Below are positions 37,267 to 40,955 of a stretch of DNA of 40,955 nt, one piece after another; position 1 is the first letter of the stretch; the number at the start of each line of letters is the position of its first letter. Where the stretch lies: the NCBI GenBank assembly GCA_038078755.1, contig JBBTSQ010000018.1, positions 1 to 40,955 on the forward strand. The letters run 5' to 3'. The position numbers and the translations under genes are program-made. The DNA is from Patescibacteria group bacterium. GTDB lineage: Bacteria > Patescibacteriota > Minisyncoccia > Phycocordibacterales > JBAYGS01. The notes under the pieces were generated by a model that did not search any database, was not told the origin of the DNA, and saw only the letters and a program-made list of their open reading frames with translations.

Positions 37267-38502
37267 TTAAATCGGCAAGTTTGCTGGGGCCTCTGATTTT
37301 TTCGACATAATACGATTGAACGAAGGTGTCCCCGACACTTGCCCTGGAAAATGGTACATTGTTGCCAATTCTTCAGTGCTCAAATGGATATGTTTATTAA
37401 AATTGTATGGTGGCCAGAAAAACGAACGACGACGATAGGCGTCCAAAACTTCTGCTCGCGTCTTATTTTGGCGAATCTCTTTGTAATCTTGCCACGGGTA
37501 ATTAAAATTGGTCATCCACGCAGAGGGCTTAAATCCATTCATGTTGGCTGACCCATATTGCTTAAATGTACCGATTAATCCGGGGATATTGGTCCCCACA
37601 AAACTCTCTTTTGGCGCCACATAAATCACCCTGATACCAACATCAAAATTATGTTTTGCCATATGTCGCTCGATAGCGGTAATCACCTCCTGCTGAACTT
37701 TTGACAATTTTTGGGAGGCGGCCGTCTTCTCTTCGTCTTCTTTTTTGATCAACGCCTTATCGACAATCGCTTTGATTTCTTTTTTAGATAATTTATCAAG
37801 CGGATCGTCTTTTTCCCCCGGTTCTTTTTTATGCGCCCGCACCACAAATTGAATCCAAATCTGATTGTCAGGTTTTAACGCACCCAAAAATTCAAGCTGC
37901 GGGGTAATCGGGTCGACCTTGTATTCTTCTTTTGGATCTTTATCGAGACCAAAATCTGTGTAGGTCTTGATCGGATACGGATCGGGCTTGGTAAAGACAA
38001 AATCACATCCCCAAAGCGAGTGCGTGCGTGGACTATAACTAAGCTTTTTGGCATAGTCGGGAGCTTCGTGAATTTCGATGCCGGGATATTGTGAGTAGAG
38101 TTGCGTCTCGACGACGGTACGAAGTGCTTCGCGTGTCCAAATGAAAAAATGGAGCTCTCCGCCAAACGACGCGATTTCAAGCGAAAACCATGCGCGGACT
38201 TTGCCCAATACTTGTCGATCATACCAAGTAGCCTCTCCTCCCGTCTGATGTAAGCCGTTTAAAAAAAGCTCCATCGCGAGCGGCGACTTAAACACATCTT
38301 TTGGCACCTTTATTTCAAGTAATACGTGCTTTAGGTTTGCAATAAATTTGGTCCGAGTGTAGACCGTAAAAAAATGCCAAAATATCAAAAAAGCGATAAT
38401 TGGTAACCAAATTACATAGGTCTTTTCAAGAACAGTCAGAACATTCTGTACGAGTGCGAGTTCGAGAAAGCGACTGAGATTGTCACTAAATGTCTGGTAC
38501 AT
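37267..38502 (-). CDS. Conserved CPR membrane-anchored hypothetical protein (resembles the N-terminal region of CPR VirD4-like proteins)
   Basis: TM, LLEIKVP..P.AME, FSLEIAS, YSQYP, PIKTY, LSTEELATMYHFP; start at ATG 38502, 7 nt after TATACT. Confidence 0.7.
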   Translation of the reverse strand: MYQTFSDNLSRFLELALVQNVLTVLEKTYVIWLPIIAFLIFWHFFTVYTRTKFIANLKHVLLEIKVPKDVFKSPLAMELFLNGLHQTGGEATWYDRQVLGKVRAWFSLEIASFGGELHFFIWTREALRTVVETQLYSQYPGIEIHEAPDYAKKLSYSPRTHSLWGCDFVFTKPDPYPIKTYTDFGLDKDPKEEYKVDPITPQLEFLGALKPDNQIWIQFVVRAHKKEPGEKDDPLDKLSKKEIKAIVDKALIKKEDEEKTAASQKLSKVQQEVITAIERHMAKHNFDVGIRVIYVAPKESFVGTNIPGLIGTFKQYGSANMNGFKPSAWMTNFNYPWQDYKEIRQNKTRAEVLDAYRRRSFFWPPYNFNKHIHLSTEELATMYHFPGQVSGTPSFNRIMSKKSEAPANLPI

Positions 38503-38508
38503 ACAGAG

Positions 38509-38587
38509 AAGTATAACGTATAAAATGAAAAGTATAAAGTATAGGAAAGAGAAAACAGACAACTTACAGCTAACAACGCACAATCAG
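38509..38587. repeat. Adjacent heptamer arrays (AAGTATA-like, then ACAACTT-like)
   Basis: aagtataacgtataaaatgaaaagtataaagtata; acaacttacagctaacaacgcacaatcag. Confidence 0.8.
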
Positions 38588-38612
38588 AGAAGAACCGACC
38601 TACCAAGAGACC

Positions 38613-38722
38613 TTCAACGGCTTACCTGTAAGTGAGCCGTTGAAATGGCTTAGTTGAGGCACGCTAAAAAACGGCTAAAAACGAACGGCTCACTGGTTTT
38701 TCATTAAAACCAGTGAGCCGTT
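38613..38722. repeat. GGCTCAC/GTGAGCC hairpin family, copies 4 and 5
   Basis: ttcaacggcttac-6nt-gtgagccgttgaa (38613-38644); aacggctcactggtttt-5nt-aaaaccagtgagccgtt (38684-38722). Confidence 0.88.
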
Positions 38723-38727
38723 AAATA

Positions 38728-38764
38728 AAAAGCCTCGAAATTGCGAAGCAATTTCGAGGCTTTT
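38728..38764 (-). terminator. 17-bp perfect hairpin terminator
   Basis: aaaagcctcgaaattgc-gaa-gcaatttcgaggctttt. Confidence 0.8.
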
Positions 38765-38809
38765 CAGATCTCTGGTCTGGTATCTGTGCTCTGTTGTCTA
38801 ATCTCCCTT

Positions 38810-39838
38810 TTACGCCACTGAATACTTCCCTTCCTTGTCTTTTTTGAAATATTTTGGATTTTGGAGATTGACCAAAATGGTGTTTTCTTTGACATAGCGT
38901 TCTTTGAGCACCTTGTCGATCACCTGCTCTTTGGTAAGTGCTCCTTCTTTTTCAATAATCTTTTTGATCACATCCTTGACCACGCCAGTCATATAGCCCC
39001 ACTCCGAAAGCGCATAGAGTCCTCGACCGACAAGCACAAACCGAGAATCTTTGATCAATTCATTATGGGTCGTCGCCACGTGTGCTTCCTTATTAAATAA
39101 TTCTGAAATTCGCTTTGCCACCTCGCGGAAATGGATCGGTGAGCCATGTTTTCTGATGACTAGATATGCGTAGTCTCGCACACCCTTGGCTTTGATATTT
39201 GATGAAGATGACTTACCCCATTCGCCGAGCGGATTCTTGCCGATCATCTTTGACATCGATAACCATCGCTTCATCACCTCTTCACTTTTGTACTTTTCAG
39301 ACACATCTTTCAAATGCTCCAAGAAATTGGAGATCAAATCGCTTTCCGGAATAATATCGTCATCCGCCAAAGATTTATAGAGCTTGTGGAGAGAATCATG
39401 AATCTTGTTCGACAGATCTTTGTCAACATGCCATCGGTGTTTAAACGTATCGTCTTCTTTTTCCTTGCGGAACGCATCACCGAGCACGAGCATAAAATGC
39501 ACATGATTTTGGAGAGATTTATCTTTTGATGCGTGCCTCAAGAGATCTTCTTCAGCCACCACTGCTCCGAGCGAGTGTACATATGCTTCAAGGTCATCAA
39601 ACGCCGGCTTTTGATCTTTGTACTGTTTCGATTTCTTGATATGGTTGATCGCGTAATTCTCGATCTGGCGCACTCGCTCTCGAGTGATGCCGTACTTCTT
39701 GCCGATCGATTCCAAGGTCATTTTCTTGGTCTCTTTACCAAGGCCATAGCGACTCTGGACAACATCTCGAGCGCGTTCAGGAAGCGCGAGGATCAGCTGT
39801 TTAACGACTTGTTTTGGTTTAAAAGTTATCTCTGCCAT
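38810..39838 (-). CDS. Sigma70 region 4 plus HARE-HTH (RNAP delta-like) protein, CPR-typical
   Basis: RYGL...TLESIGKKYGITRERVRQIE; PIHFREVA...TTHNELIKDSRFVLVGRGLYALSEWG. Confidence 0.85.
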   Translation of the reverse strand: MAEITFKPKQVVKQLILALPERARDVVQSRYGLGKETKKMTLESIGKKYGITRERVRQIENYAINHIKKSKQYKDQKPAFDDLEAYVHSLGAVVAEEDLLRHASKDKSLQNHVHFMLVLGDAFRKEKEDDTFKHRWHVDKDLSNKIHDSLHKLYKSLADDDIIPESDLISNFLEHLKDVSEKYKSEEVMKRWLSMSKMIGKNPLGEWGKSSSSNIKAKGVRDYAYLVIRKHGSPIHFREVAKRISELFNKEAHVATTHNELIKDSRFVLVGRGLYALSEWGYMTGVVKDVIKKIIEKEGALTKEQVIDKVLKERYVKENTILVNLQNPKYFKKDKEGKYSVA

Positions 39839-39912
39839 ATAAGTTTTCGAAACGTTATTAAATGATTAATACTTAACACATATACTACAGTGGTGACTGT
39901 ATTTGTATTACC

Positions 39913-39941
39913 ACACTATCACTTCACCCAGTCTAAGTCAA
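39913..39941 (-). promoter_or_regulatory. Putative promoter of the sigma-r4/HARE-HTH gene
   Basis: TTGACT-17-TAGTGT with TG extension. Confidence 0.55.
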
Positions 39942-40111
39942 GCGACCCCATCTTGTCAAGAGGGTCGCTCAAGTTGCCTCTAGTGTACGCGGATAAAGCC
40001 AGCCAGCGCTGGCTTTTCCTACGCTCGTTTCGCCACTGTCAAGATTATGCGCAGACGCATCTCTTGACAGACCATGCTGGCGAAACTCCGCGACATACAC
40101 TAGAAGCAACT
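39938..40111 (-). ncRNA. Candidate structured non-coding RNA (unassigned family)
   Basis: Seven complementary segments forming a ~140-nt rod with a 3-way junction, plus an adjacent hairpin; mismatches become G-U on the minus strand. Confidence 0.6.
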
Positions 40112-40244
40112 CTCGCTCCCTAAGATTCGTTACGGGTATTTAGATTTTTACGGCTAAATTAAATTTAGTAAAAATACTTGACATTATTATCATAGTATGT
40201 AAACCTGTATTTCAGAACAACTGCACCTTGAACAGCACAAGACT

Positions 40245-40868
40245 ATGAACACCTGCAAACCCATTATCCTCGGTATTGATTTTGGAGACACCATTGCGAT
40301 TGCACGCAATCAAAATGAGGGTGACACTCGGGCACTAAGGATGTCAGAGGACCCTGACTTTCTCAATCGGCAAGCTTTACCTGGAGCTTTTATCTCTATC
40401 AACCAACTGGTCACCCTACTCGGTCCGAGAAACCTCTTTATCGTTTCCCGATGCAGTATCCCGGGAGAAGAGAAGATCATGGCGTGGCTCGAACACCACA
40501 AATTCTGGGAACAAACCGGAATGAAGCGAGAGAATATTCGCTTCTGCCGTGAACGCAACCAGAAAGGCACTATCTGCGCCGAGCTCGGTATCACTCACTT
40601 TGTGGATGATCGATTCGAATGTTTGGTAGCAATGAAAACGGTCACTCGCAAATATCGGTTAAGTGGAAAACTGCCGGACATAGCGGTTCAAAGAGTGTAT
40701 ACTCACTCAGTCCCTAATCGTGGCGCGGTTGTTGTCTACAAAGCAGAGTATAACCCTGCGACCACAGTCCAGTTTCAGGATTGGGACATGGATACAGATT
40801 TGGTTCAGTTTCCAGATTGGGGTCTGGTTACAGACACCATTCTCGGACGATTCAAACCCATTCCGTAG
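40245..40868 (+). CDS. HAD-superfamily-like protein
   Basis: LGIDFGDTI (atypical motif I), IVSR, conserved K, HFVDDR; leader TGCACCTTGAACA. Confidence 0.7.
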   Translation: MNTCKPIILGIDFGDTIAIARNQNEGDTRALRMSEDPDFLNRQALPGAFISINQLVTLLGPRNLFIVSRCSIPGEEKIMAWLEHHKFWEQTGMKRENIRFCRERNQKGTICAELGITHFVDDRFECLVAMKTVTRKYRLSGKLPDIAVQRVYTHSVPNRGAVVVYKAEYNPATTVQFQDWDMDTDLVQFPDWGLVTDTILGRFKPIP

Positions 40869-40874
40869 TTACCG

Positions 40875-40915
40875 ACCTCTTTTTGATAAGAAAGTTATCA
40901 AAAAGAGGTTTTTTC
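40875..40915 (+). terminator. Intrinsic terminator
   Basis: acctctttttgataa-gaaag-ttatcaaaaagaggt followed by T run. Confidence 0.85.
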
Positions 40916-40955
40916 TTTAATTAATTCAGATAAATACAAGAGGGGGGGGCAAAAG

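Noticed and set aside
39890-40123. 77-aa ORF, or tRNA/tmRNA/SRP/RNase P identity for the structured region
   Set aside because: The ORF has a GTG start, no RBS and no motifs. No T-loop/CCA end, SRP GGAA domain or RNase P GAGGAAAGUCC signature was found.
1-40955. Alternative genetic code (UGA=Gly, code 25)
   Set aside because: Core genes are full length under code 11 with no internal TGA, and TGA ends genes such as mltG at the expected position.

Overview
This looks like a chromosomal segment of a Patescibacteria/CPR bacterium, probably Parcubacteria. That call is inferred from the C-terminally shortened AlaRS, the infA-rpmJ-rpsM-rpsK-rpsD-rpoA-rplQ-rplM-rpsI block, and CPR-typical genes such as the sigma70-r4/HARE-HTH fusion, the FtsA-like/baseplate-J-like pair and the ATP-cone/Mrr fusion. 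Genetic code 11 fits. Core genes (grpE, dnaK, dnaJ, ribosomal cluster, alaS, pepF-like, mnmA, mltG) lie on the minus strand and several have a -10 box only 6-9 nt before the ATG. Between them sit about a dozen self-contained accessory cassettes with a -35/-10 promoter, often a boxA-like leader and GAAAGG RBS, and their own terminator. The left ~5 kb is an AT-rich island whose last gene, missed by the ORF track, is a class I aaRS-like (HIGH motif plus Zn knuckle) protein coupled to a kinase, a phosphatase and an MccF-type peptidase. Other highlights: a ~140-nt multi-helix RNA-like structure upstream of the sigma-r4 gene, a Cas2/PaaX-like gene bracketed by 22-bp inverted repeats, orphan LpxC-like and AroA-like enzymes, an HTH plus GHKL/MORC-type ATPase module, and several dispersed palindromic and heptamer repeat families, one of which lies in frame inside mnmA. 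I saw no tRNA, rRNA, CRISPR array, integrase or transposase. All product calls come from reading motifs by eye, with no database search.
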